A stretch of DNA of 64,000 nucleotides from Clostridiales bacterium (GTDB lineage Bacteria > Bacillota > Peptococcia > DRI-13 > UBA5745): the NCBI GenBank assembly GCA_038562165.1, contig JBCFAO010000001.1:34527-98526 (forward strand), given 5' to 3'. Of the stretch, positions 1-8,954 are shown piece by piece. The stretch's first letter is position 1; every line of letters begins with the position of its first letter. Both the position numbers and the translations under genes were made by a program. The notes beneath the pieces were generated by a model. That model saw nothing but the letters and a program-made list of their open reading frames with translations, searched no databases and had not been told where the DNA came from.

Positions 1-556
1 CAAAAGCCCCGGTACCGGCGGTACCGCCTTCAATATCCATCACCCTGCCGTCATAAATATGGGCCACATAGGCCTTGTTTGGCTCCGGGTTAAAGGCTTG
101 GATAGCTAAAGGAGAAATGCTGTTTATCTCAGGCTCCGCAGCCAGCAGTATTTCTTCATAGGATCTTTTGTCCGCCGGCTGCAGAGAAGGCAAGGAAAAG
201 CGGAGCCGCCCCACGGCCGGAGCTAATTCAAGGTTAACTTTCCTGCCTTCGGCAAGTATTCTGCATTTTTCTTCGGCCTTCTCCAGCCATACGGTCACAT
301 CTCCCTTGGGCTGCACAAGACAAGCCAACCGGATACCCGCCTTCAATTCTTCATCGGTAAGCATACGGGCTTCGCTGATTTCTGCTGCCGGCAATTGATC
401 ACCCTTTATTTTTATCCGGCATTTGCCGCAGGTGCCCCGGCCGCCGCAAGGGTATTCCTGCTTAAATCCAAGAGAATGCAGCAACTGGGATAAATTCATT
501 CCCGGCTGATACTCATGGATTGCGCCTTCAGGAAACACCGTTATTTTTTCAACCAT
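1..556 (-). CDS. RamA/RACo-like corrinoid reductive activator (2Fe-2S + ASKHA, DUF4445), 5' part; runs off the window edge
   Basis: Manual translation from ATG at 556: MVEKITVFPEG...YPCGGRGTCGKCRIKI...GIRLACLV, a CxxxxxCxxC...C 2Fe-2S motif. AAGGAG RBS upstream. Follows the corrinoid and MT2 genes in the same operon. Confidence 0.85.
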   Translation of the reverse strand, partial: MVEKITVFPEGAIHEYQPGMNLSQLLHSLGFKQEYPCGGRGTCGKCRIKIKGDQLPAAEISEARMLTDEELKAGIRLACLVQPKGDVTVWLEKAEEKCRILAEGRKVNLELAPAVGRLRFSLPSLQPADKRSYEEILLAAEPEINSISPLAIQAFNPEPNKAYVAHIYDGRVMDIEGGTAGTGAF

Positions 557-559
557 TTC

Positions 560-1582
560 CTATACTGCTCCTTGCACCTTTTTTTGGGCAGCTCTTAAAT
601 TTTCTATCGGCGTATTTATGCCTAAGCCACAAGCAGGGGCTACTATATTGGCCCCGGAGGATAAGCAATGCCCTACGATTCCTTGTATCTTTTCGATGCC
701 TGCAAATTCCAGGGCATAGGTGCTGATATTACCCATGATCACCTTTCCCGGCAATGCCGCCCTGGCTTCCCGCAAATTAACAAGGGCGTCAAAACTAATG
801 GCCTTGCAATGCAGCTTCTGCAATTGCCCGTATACCTTATGCATTTTCCCGCATATATGCACAATCACCTGACAGTGGGGGCAGGACTCCTGCAAGGCAT
901 CAATTATACGATTCAGCGCCGGCACCACGTATTCACCGAATAGCTTTGGCCCCAGTATTTCGCCGGAGCCGCTGGGGTCCGATATGGCAATAATATCCGC
1001 CCCTTCTTCCATTTGGCAGAGGCCAAAGTTAATCAGCGACCGGCATATGAAATTCAGAAATTCCCGGGCCTCTTCTTTTTCCTTGCGCAGCTCCCGGTAA
1101 AAAATAACGGGATCAAGCAAAGAGCCGGCTAAACTAATGGGTCCCGTCAGGTTGCCGATAATCGGAATATCTTCAGCCCGGGAATGCAGCAAGCGAATTG
1201 CCTCAAGGGTAACCCTGGCACGGCCGGAGCCACAATCCAGCATTGGCAATACCCGCCAATCCTTTACCGTAGAAATAGCATACCCCACCACATGGGGCTC
1301 ACAAGTCAGCGAGCCCATATCTACTTTTGCGCCCATACCTTCCGCTTCCACGGTCATGCAAAAAGGCAGTCCATAATTTTCAAAACAGCCTTCTTGCCAA
1401 GCCGCCATAGCCAATTTGGCCATAGCCTCCGGGTTTTGATGACCTTCCGGCCAATAGACGGCCGCCTTCTCCATCATCTCCCGGGTCACAAGATTCATCA
1501 TGCCGCCGGGACAGATGAAAGGCGGCCTGTCTACGGCCTGCTGCCTAAGGGTATGGATCAGCCGTTCTTTTTCCCTCAGCAT
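560..1582 (-). CDS. MtaA/CmuA-family (UroD-like) methylcobamide methyltransferase (MT2)
   Basis: PFICPGGMM, LPFCMTVEAE, Zn ligands VHICG...APACG. Confidence 0.88.
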   Translation of the reverse strand: MLREKERLIHTLRQQAVDRPPFICPGGMMNLVTREMMEKAAVYWPEGHQNPEAMAKLAMAAWQEGCFENYGLPFCMTVEAEGMGAKVDMGSLTCEPHVVGYAISTVKDWRVLPMLDCGSGRARVTLEAIRLLHSRAEDIPIIGNLTGPISLAGSLLDPVIFYRELRKEKEEAREFLNFICRSLINFGLCQMEEGADIIAISDPSGSGEILGPKLFGEYVVPALNRIIDALQESCPHCQVIVHICGKMHKVYGQLQKLHCKAISFDALVNLREARAALPGKVIMGNISTYALEFAGIEKIQGIVGHCLSSGANIVAPACGLGINTPIENLRAAQKKVQGAV

Positions 1583-2363
1583 CCGTCAACCTCACTTCTT
1601 TTACATTACCGATACAGCACGCCCTTATCCGGTTCCCCTCCCTTGCAGGCAGCCCTTCCTCTTTAAGGCCTGCGGCCAGCATAGGGCACAGGACAAGAGA
1701 CTTATTTCTGTCGCAACATATGGTTAAAGCCTGCATTAAAAAGGCCCGTAAAAACCAGTCATTCAGCCAATGACTGAAGCGGGGCCCCAAAATAGCCGGA
1801 TTGCCTGCAGGATCCGCATAGGAAATAACATCGGCGCCGGCGTCGCAAATTTCTTTCAGGTAATCTGAGAGCATCCCTTGAAACAGGGCAAAAACCCCCT
1901 GCATCAGTTCCCCATCTTTACGCCATTGCTTAAACAAGATCGTCAAGTCCATTAAACAACTTAAAATAGACAGGGGACCGCTGATTTCATAGGCTACTCT
2001 TATTCCCTGCCGTTTAAGAAGGCGGCAGGCCTCAAGCATGGCTTTGACCTGAGGCGCCGCGGCGATATCGGCTTCTTTCAGTTCCCTCAGATCAAAGAGC
2101 GTATATTTGCCCGGTCTTGGACCGGATTGCTCGTCCCAGGGTAAGATCTCCGCACCTAATGCTTTTGCTTCTGCCGTACTACCAAAAGGCAAAACAACAA
2201 AATTGCAGCCCTTGGCTTTGGCTGCAGCTTTTGCCAGCGCCGCTATCATTTCAGGATCTTTATCAAGTCTGTCCGGAACGCCGCCCAAAGCCACAATCCT
2301 GTCGTAGGTTAAAGAGGGCCCGCCGTTAAACCCGCAAGCTTGTTGTGCATTTTTCATGTCCAC
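1545..2363 (-). CDS. Short, degenerate UroD/MtaA-family protein
   Basis: LPFGSTAEAKALGA, GPLSIL, GADVISYADP motifs; lacks the HxC Zn motif. Confidence 0.75.
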   Translation of the reverse strand: MDMKNAQQACGFNGGPSLTYDRIVALGGVPDRLDKDPEMIAALAKAAAKAKGCNFVVLPFGSTAEAKALGAEILPWDEQSGPRPGKYTLFDLRELKEADIAAAPQVKAMLEACRLLKRQGIRVAYEISGPLSILSCLMDLTILFKQWRKDGELMQGVFALFQGMLSDYLKEICDAGADVISYADPAGNPAILGPRFSHWLNDWFLRAFLMQALTICCDRNKSLVLCPMLAAGLKEEGLPAREGNRIRACCIGNVKEVRLTDAEGKRTADPYP

Positions 2364-2369
2364 CTGACC

Positions 2370-3029
2370 TTATCGGGATATACCCGTTAGCTGATCCACC
2401 AGCCTCACCGCCTCCGTGGCGTTGACGGCATAGCCGTCGGCTCCGATTTTTTTGGCAAAGCCAAGAGAAATGGGACCTCCGCCCACAACAACCTTTACTT
2501 TTTCGCGAATGCCTTCTTCTCCCAGGAGATCGATGACTTTTTTCATGTTATTCATGGAAGTGGACATAAGGGTGGCCATGGCTACGATTCCCGCCTCTTT
2601 TTCCTTGGTATATTTAACAAATTGTTCTACCGGCACATCCCGGCCAAGATCGATCACTTCATAGCCTGCAGACTCCAACATGATTTTCACAAGGTTTTTA
2701 CCGATATCATGGGTATCACCCTGCACTACGCCGATGATAATTTTGCAGCCATTGCCGAAGCTATCTTGAGGCAGCATGGGCCGCAGCACCTCCAGACCGT
2801 TATACATGGCGCTGGAGCATATCAATAGCTCCGTAACGAAATATTCTTCTTTCTCGTACAGCTCCGCCGCTTTATTCATCCCGTCAACCAAGCCCTTCAA
2901 AATACCTTCCAAGGGGTCGTAGCCACATTGAATATATTCTTCTGCTACAGCGGCAATCTCCTCGTCCTCCATTTCAAGTACACAGCGGGAAAGCTCGGAC
3001 AGCAGCTTCTCCTTACTTGTCATGTCCAT
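2370..3029 (-). CDS. Cognate corrinoid (B12-binding) protein
   Basis: GDTHDIGKNLV (DxHxxG) and DLGRDVP motifs; N-terminal cap domain. Confidence 0.93.
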   Translation of the reverse strand: MDMTSKEKLLSELSRCVLEMEDEEIAAVAEEYIQCGYDPLEGILKGLVDGMNKAAELYEKEEYFVTELLICSSAMYNGLEVLRPMLPQDSFGNGCKIIIGVVQGDTHDIGKNLVKIMLESAGYEVIDLGRDVPVEQFVKYTKEKEAGIVAMATLMSTSMNNMKKVIDLLGEEGIREKVKVVVGGGPISLGFAKKIGADGYAVNATEAVRLVDQLTGISR

Positions 3030-3034
3030 CCCCC

Positions 3035-4123
3035 CTAGCTCTTTTGTCTTTTACATTCGGCAAGCATTGTCTCGACTTTGCTTATATTTACCGGATAGCC
3101 TACTTCCCGTACGGTATCCATCATTTCCTGAATATTTTCTAGAGGGGTATCTACGGGCAGGCTGCAGCCGGACATCACCACATAGCCTTTGGGGCTGTTA
3201 TAGCCCTCCTGGATACATTCCAAGGTACGCAAACGCACATCCAAAGGCGTGCCGGAATACATAATTCCGCCTGGATCCACATTGCCGAGAATTTTTGTTT
3301 GATGACCAATTGTTTTTTTACATTCGAGGATGCTGGCCACATTGTCGATGCTCAGCCCCGCGAGCCCCAACGCCCCCAAATCCGGCCAGATTTTTTCCGT
3401 TTGTCCGCAAATATGGACGATTACGCCCTTCCCTCTGAGTTTAATAAAATCCACTAATTCTTGAAGATAGGGCAAAGAAAATTCGCGGAACACCTTAGGG
3501 CTGACCACCGTACAGGAAGATAAGGGCTCCGAAATAGCCGGCGTCAAGCCGATCTCCATTGCCGCCGCCGTATAGGCCTTTATTGTTTCCAAGGATATTT
3601 GGCATAGTTTATGTACGGCATCCGGATCCTTGCGCAGGCAGGTAAGAGTTTTTTCTACTCCCAAAAGGAAAAAGGCATTGCTGAAAGGCCCCACAACCCC
3701 GAAAGAACAACCGATTTCATCGCCCATCTCGTCAATAAGATATTTCATTGCTTCCAATTGTACCGGCAGCCGGCCGTCTTTATAGGGATCGGCGGCTTTG
3801 AGCCTGCCGATCTCCCGCACGTCCGCAATAGCCGGCTGGCCCAAATCCGCCGTGTTGTCTTCCGGCTTGATCACCTTTGCCCCCATGGCCTCGGCCCAGG
3901 GAAAAAGATCGGTAAAAATACGGATACTGTCATAGCCAAACCTGCGGTAAGAAGCAATCTGGGCCTTTGCCAGCACTTTTGGATCTGTATTGAATTGAGA
4001 AATTTTACAGCCATATACCCGGGCCACGCCGTTAGCAACATTTGGATTGCATGGCAAACGGTCTGCCGCCTCACCCCGGGCAATGGCTGCCGCCCTTTGA
4101 GCCGGCCTCATCGTATCCAACAT
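3035..4123 (-). CDS. UroD/MtaA-family methyltransferase
   Basis: WAEAMGA, VVGPFS, VHICG...MSGCSLP. Start moved to ATG 4123 (MLDTM), which has a GGGGG RBS and avoids overlap with the permease. Confidence 0.85.
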   Translation of the reverse strand: MLDTMRPAQRAAAIARGEAADRLPCNPNVANGVARVYGCKISQFNTDPKVLAKAQIASYRRFGYDSIRIFTDLFPWAEAMGAKVIKPEDNTADLGQPAIADVREIGRLKAADPYKDGRLPVQLEAMKYLIDEMGDEIGCSFGVVGPFSNAFFLLGVEKTLTCLRKDPDAVHKLCQISLETIKAYTAAAMEIGLTPAISEPLSSCTVVSPKVFREFSLPYLQELVDFIKLRGKGVIVHICGQTEKIWPDLGALGLAGLSIDNVASILECKKTIGHQTKILGNVDPGGIMYSGTPLDVRLRTLECIQEGYNSPKGYVVMSGCSLPVDTPLENIQEMMDTVREVGYPVNISKVETMLAECKRQKS

Positions 4124-4148
4124 CCTAGCCCCCCTATCGATTTGCCGA

Positions 4149-4913
4149 TTAATTATTGATGGTCCAATGAAGAATTCTGGCCTTAATAAGGTCAAACAAA
4201 TAGAGAATAACAACCAAAACCAATGCCATAAACAAAAAGCCTACGGCTACCAAATCAAAACGCCCAAAATCAGAGTAGTATTGAATAAAGTAGCCCATAC
4301 CGGAAGTGGCGCCAAACATCTCAGCCACCGCCAGCAGCATAAAGGCCAGCTTAAGAGCAATGGTGCAGCCGGTAAGTATTGCCGGCGAAGCCGCCGGCAA
4401 TACAATGCGAAAAAGACGTTCTACTCTCGGTATTTCCAAGGTCGCCGCATTTTCCAGATATCGCTTGTCAATGGTCATCACTGCCGTAATGGTTGTGCCA
4501 AGGATGATCCAGAAGCAGCCCAAAAAAATAATAAAAATAGAAGCTATGCGAAAGGACGGGAAAATATTGATAGCATATGGAGTAAGTAAAGTAACGGGAA
4601 CCGCGCTAAAAGCGTTAATGTAGGGCGTTAAATTTTTACGCACTATATTTTTTGAGCCGATAAATGCTCCGACAGCTATCCCGCCAATAAGGGCCAGTAA
4701 ATAAGCGATAACCAAAAGGGATAATGAGCTTTGCAGCCCCTTGATTAATTGGGGCCAATATTGTTTAAACAAAGGCGGAATAGTGGTAATACTATGGAAA
4801 AGAAAGGGATTCAGCACATGGAGAACGTCGGTCAATATTATATAGCCTGCCAATATGCCGGCAAAAATGAGGATAATCCCCATTCTGTCTTTGATCAATT
4901 TCTTTATGTTCAT
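4149..4913 (-). CDS. ABC permease, SsuC/TauC/NitT family
   Basis: ENAATL EAA-loop, IVLPAASP, AEMFGATSGMGY. Confidence 0.9.
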   Translation of the reverse strand: MNIKKLIKDRMGIILIFAGILAGYIILTDVLHVLNPFLFHSITTIPPLFKQYWPQLIKGLQSSLSLLVIAYLLALIGGIAVGAFIGSKNIVRKNLTPYINAFSAVPVTLLTPYAINIFPSFRIASIFIIFLGCFWIILGTTITAVMTIDKRYLENAATLEIPRVERLFRIVLPAASPAILTGCTIALKLAFMLLAVAEMFGATSGMGYFIQYYSDFGRFDLVAVGFLFMALVLVVILYLFDLIKARILHWTINN

Positions 4914-4966
4914 TGACAGTAGCTCCTTTTTACAGCCTTGCGGCGCCTGGCCATCCTAAACTGTGG

Positions 4967-6109
4967 TTAATTATTCCCTTGAAACTCAACTGCTTTATCT
5001 TTAAAAAACTGGCTGTCGGGGTAATCTTCTATAAGTGAATCCAAGGCCCGTTTATAAATCTCAAAGTTCATATGGTCATTTAAATCAATATTCCCTACAG
5101 ACAAATAACCAAAGTTAGCCATTTTGTTCCACATGGCTTCTACGCTCTTCGTATAAGGATCGGTATCATATTTTATATGAGGGCTGAGAATAAAGCTATC
5201 GGCGGTTTCCTTTTGTAAATCCAAATTTTCCACCACCAGGTCGGAAACCTCTTCCATATTGTTCTGCATATATTCTTCAGCCCGCAGATAAGAGCGCAAT
5301 AACCGATACAAGGCCTCTTCATTATTGCTCAGATAGGTATTGGTGGAAAGCATGCGGCAGCAGGAATGGTTGGGCCACAGCTCGTCAGGCCACATTTTTA
5401 CCTCCAGTCCCAATTCCCTGGCCTGGATTTGGTAGCCGGTAGCCGTTGCGCCAAAGTCAACCTCACCTTTACTAATTGCTTGAAGCACATCGGTATTCTT
5501 TTTATATTCGATGAACTCCACCATGTCCGGGTCCCCTTCTTTGCCAATGACTGTAGTGCCGCCATAGGTGAAGGAATACCCCGCATCATTCAAAATACCT
5601 TTCAGGACAATATCCGGCGTGCCGCCTCTGGTAATACCGATCCTCTTGCCCCGAAAGCTATCCAGATCCGCGTATTCCATATCGGGTTTACCGTAAACCG
5701 GCGTCTCACCAATGACCATATAACCGGCAAACATATTAAAATCCTGGCCATTGGCAATCTGGGTCAAGGGGCCGCCGGTACCGTAAGTAGATAATACATC
5801 TACTTGTTCTGCCGTAAGGGCCGAAGCCGCGTCGGAAAGGTTGCTCAGCCATACCATCTCTACTTCAATGCCCTCTTCGTCGTTAAATCCATGCTTGTCG
5901 GCAATAAACTGGAACACCTGGCCGGATGTAGGCTGAGCTCCTACGCGAATTTTGATTTCCGCTGTGCCGCTATCCGAGGCCGGCGTACCGCCTGCCGGTG
6001 ATGAAGCATCGGCGGATTTGGCAGCCGGAGCACTGCCGCCGCAAGCCGTCAGCATTAACAACATAATAAGAGCAAGTGCAAACAGACCTATTATTTTAAA
6101 TTTCCTCAT
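4967..6109 (-). CDS. ABC substrate-binding lipoprotein, SsuA/NMT1-like
   Basis: Lipobox LTAC; GKRIGITRGGT; HSCC motif. Confidence 0.85.
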   Translation of the reverse strand: MRKFKIIGLFALALIMLLMLTACGGSAPAAKSADASSPAGGTPASDSGTAEIKIRVGAQPTSGQVFQFIADKHGFNDEEGIEVEMVWLSNLSDAASALTAEQVDVLSTYGTGGPLTQIANGQDFNMFAGYMVIGETPVYGKPDMEYADLDSFRGKRIGITRGGTPDIVLKGILNDAGYSFTYGGTTVIGKEGDPDMVEFIEYKKNTDVLQAISKGEVDFGATATGYQIQARELGLEVKMWPDELWPNHSCCRMLSTNTYLSNNEEALYRLLRSYLRAEEYMQNNMEEVSDLVVENLDLQKETADSFILSPHIKYDTDPYTKSVEAMWNKMANFGYLSVGNIDLNDHMNFEIYKRALDSLIEDYPDSQFFKDKAVEFQGNN

Positions 6110-6141
6110 TATTTTCTCCTCCTGTTATCTGAAAGTTTTCG

Positions 6142-6966
6142 TTAGGGATGGATGATTACCCGGTCACTATCCGGAGCCTCCCGTTCAGCCCGCTCTTCGG
6201 CATCTTGATGAATTAATTTGATCAGGTGGTTGCGCAAGGCTATAATTTGGGGTTCACTGTGCATGTTTTTACGGGTTGGATGTATTTCCCCTTCAAAAGA
6301 ATGGGCGTACATAATGTAGGCCGGAGATTGGCTGAAAACTGCAATATGGGTTGCCAGCAGCAAGGCTTCATCCACCTCATGGGTTACAAAAAAGATGGTT
6401 TTTCTTTGATCACCGTCTTGCTGCCATAGGCGCAGCACCAAATCCTGCAGCTTGGCTTTGGTTACCGCATCAAGAGAACCAAAGGGCTCGTCCATCAGCA
6501 ATATGGGAGGATCAATGGCGAAGGCCCGAGCAATACCGCATCGTTGCTTTTGACCGCCGGACAGCTCTCCCGGCAATTTATTGAACAACGATTCGTCCAT
6601 ATCCACATTACGCATCCAATGCAATGCCCGTTCCTTTTGCTCCTGCTTCTTCATTTCAGGGAAACGCCTTTCTAAGGCTATCGTAATATTTTCTCCTGCC
6701 GTCATCCAAGGAAAAAGTCCATAATCCTGGAACACTACGCCCCGCTGCAACCCTGCTCCTTTTATTGGCCGGCCGTCAACAAGCATTTTACCGCCATTTG
6801 GCTTTTCCAACCCGGCCAATAACCGCAATAATGTACTTTTGCCACAGCCCGACTGGCCTAAAAGGCAAACGAAGTCTCCTGCTTTAACGTTCATATTAAT
6901 GTCGCCTAAAACCACATCGTTCTCAGTATAGGAAAAGCTTAAATTCTTGATTGACACATCGAGCAT
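6142..6966 (-). CDS. ABC ATP-binding protein, SsuB/TauB family
   Basis: GQSGCGKST, LSGGQKQR, LLMDEPF; start at ATG 6966 (MLDV). Confidence 0.92.
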   Translation of the reverse strand: MLDVSIKNLSFSYTENDVVLGDINMNVKAGDFVCLLGQSGCGKSTLLRLLAGLEKPNGGKMLVDGRPIKGAGLQRGVVFQDYGLFPWMTAGENITIALERRFPEMKKQEQKERALHWMRNVDMDESLFNKLPGELSGGQKQRCGIARAFAIDPPILLMDEPFGSLDAVTKAKLQDLVLRLWQQDGDQRKTIFFVTHEVDEALLLATHIAVFSQSPAYIMYAHSFEGEIHPTRKNMHSEPQIIALRNHLIKLIHQDAEERAEREAPDSDRVIIHP

Positions 6967-7015
6967 GATATCAATCCGTTCCCCCCTTATAACGAAATTA
7001 ATAACCAAACAGCGA

Positions 7016-7047
7016 AAAGCGTTATGCAAATGCCGCATAACGCTTTT
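7016..7047 (-). terminator. Intrinsic terminator after the MCP gene
   Basis: AAAAGCGTTATGC-loop-GCATAACGCTTTT inverted repeat. Confidence 0.65.
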
Positions 7048-7136
7048 ACTATATAACAAACATAATATTGTCACAAATATTATTTATTGATAATACGGAT
7101 TCTTCTATCAGAATTTTTGATAAGCATGGTTTTGCA

Positions 7137-8741
7137 TTACGACACCGGCATGGCTTGGCCGCCGGAGCTGCCTTTCAGCGTAAACTGACCGGCCAGACCG
7201 CTGAGAACTTTTGCCTGGGCCGACAACTCTTCACTGGCGGCGGCGCTTTGCTGGGCGGTGGCTGAGTTTGACTGCACTACTGCCGATATTTTGTCTACGC
7301 TTCTTGTAATGTCGAGAATAGAGCGGCTTTGCTCCTGGGAAGCGGCCTGAATTTCGCTTACGCCGGCAGCAATCTGCCGGGCATCCACTAAAACAGTGCC
7401 CAAGGTTTGTGCCATAGAATCCGACAAAGCTTTACCTGACTCCACAGACTTCACCGAAACATCAATCAGGCCGGTAGTACTTTTGGCAGCTAAAGCGCTT
7501 TTGGCTGCTAAATTGCGCACTTCGTCGGCCACTACGGCAAAACCCTTGCCGGCGGCGCCGGCTCTGGCTGCCTCAACGGCTGCATTTAACGCTAGAATAT
7601 TGGTCTGAAAAGCAATATCCTCAATGGTTTTATTGATTTTAATAATTTCTTCGGAATTCTTACGAATATCATCCATTGCTTTAAGCAAGAGCTTCATCTG
7701 GCGCTCGCTTTCGTCGAGGCTGACGCCCATCTGCCGGGCCTTACCATTAAAGATATCAGCATTTTCAGCAGTATAATCAATCTTGGCCACGATCTCCTCC
7801 ACTGCCTGGGAAAGATTCTCTATAGCCATGCTCTGTTCCATGGCCCCTTCCGATAAAAGCTGGGAACTGGCCGCCACGTGGTCGGCCCCTACGGACACTT
7901 GCTCGGAGGTCAGGTTCAATTGGCCCAGAGTATGGGAAATCTGAGCGGAAAACTCTTCGATAGAACGGCCGATATCCGTAAAGTCGCCGATATATTGCTG
8001 CACCGGCAGATCAAAATTGCCCTTCTCCATCTGGGCCATGGAATCACCGATCCGGGAAACATAGTCGGAAAGAGTGGCCATGGATTTGCGCATGCTTTCG
8101 GCCAGCATACCCAATTCATTGCTGGAGAAATAGTCTATCTTGCTCTGCAAATCCCCCCGGGCCAGGCCTTCCATACCTTTTTCCAGTGTTTTTACGGGCA
8201 GAAGGATTTTCTTGCGGATAATAGCCAGGATAAAAACAATAGCGGTGAGATTGAGAGCCAGGGTAATGACGCTGACGATTTTTAGCTTAATAATGCCCTG
8301 GGCGGAAAAGCTCTCCGCCTGAGAAACAGCGGCATTGCTTTTGTTAAAAAGCTCCTCGCTGTTGGCCAGGACCAGTGCCTCCTGCTGAGAACCGGCTTGC
8401 TGATTCAGCAAGGGCTTTACCTGCTCTTGCCAGTAACTGCGGATTTCCTCCATTTGCTTGACCAGCTCTCCATCCCTCGGCTCAGGCAACTCCAGCTCTT
8501 CATCGCCGGCAATCAGGCCATTCATGACTTTTTCCACCTTGGCAATATGCTCCGCCGCCGGCTGCTCCAGCAAGTAAAGCTTCACAATACGCTGGGTGGC
8601 GCCTCTGACAACGCCGCAATAATTGACAATTTTGCCGTTGCTTTGATTCTGGTCAAGAAGCAAAAAAAGGAAGCTCGTGTTGAAAAGGCTTAGTACAATA
8701 AGGCCAACCATTGTGCTGTAAATAATTCTTTTAATACTCAT
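7137..8741 (-). CDS. Methyl-accepting chemotaxis protein with PilJ/NarX-like N-terminal sensor and HAMP domain
   Basis: [20 protein letters not shown] signature; two TM helices; [12 protein letters not shown]. Confidence 0.92.
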   Translation of the reverse strand: MSIKRIIYSTMVGLIVLSLFNTSFLFLLLDQNQSNGKIVNYCGVVRGATQRIVKLYLLEQPAAEHIAKVEKVMNGLIAGDEELELPEPRDGELVKQMEEIRSYWQEQVKPLLNQQAGSQQEALVLANSEELFNKSNAAVSQAESFSAQGIIKLKIVSVITLALNLTAIVFILAIIRKKILLPVKTLEKGMEGLARGDLQSKIDYFSSNELGMLAESMRKSMATLSDYVSRIGDSMAQMEKGNFDLPVQQYIGDFTDIGRSIEEFSAQISHTLGQLNLTSEQVSVGADHVAASSQLLSEGAMEQSMAIENLSQAVEEIVAKIDYTAENADIFNGKARQMGVSLDESERQMKLLLKAMDDIRKNSEEIIKINKTIEDIAFQTNILALNAAVEAARAGAAGKGFAVVADEVRNLAAKSALAAKSTTGLIDVSVKSVESGKALSDSMAQTLGTVLVDARQIAAGVSEIQAASQEQSRSILDITRSVDKISAVVQSNSATAQQSAAASEELSAQAKVLSGLAGQFTLKGSSGGQAMPVS

Positions 8742-8954
8742 ACTTTTAGCCCTTTCAGTAGTTTGACATATACTAAAGATATAATGTATTATTCTACAGT
8801 CAAAGCGAATTTAAGTCAATAAAAATACAGGCGAGACTATGAATCTCCTATGCATATACAAATTATACTTATCGACATTGTCGGATATAAAGGCAGGCAG
8901 CCTTGTTTTGCCATTTCATATCAATTATAATAAATTTAGCAGTAAGCTGCGGGG

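Noticed and set aside
554-562. The MT2 amber stop (TAG) is in frame with the RamA-like ATG, suggesting pyrrolysine readthrough fusion
   Set aside because: The downstream gene has its own AAGGAG RBS, the MT2 is full length, there are no pyl genes in the window, and an in-frame arrangement is a 1-in-3 chance.
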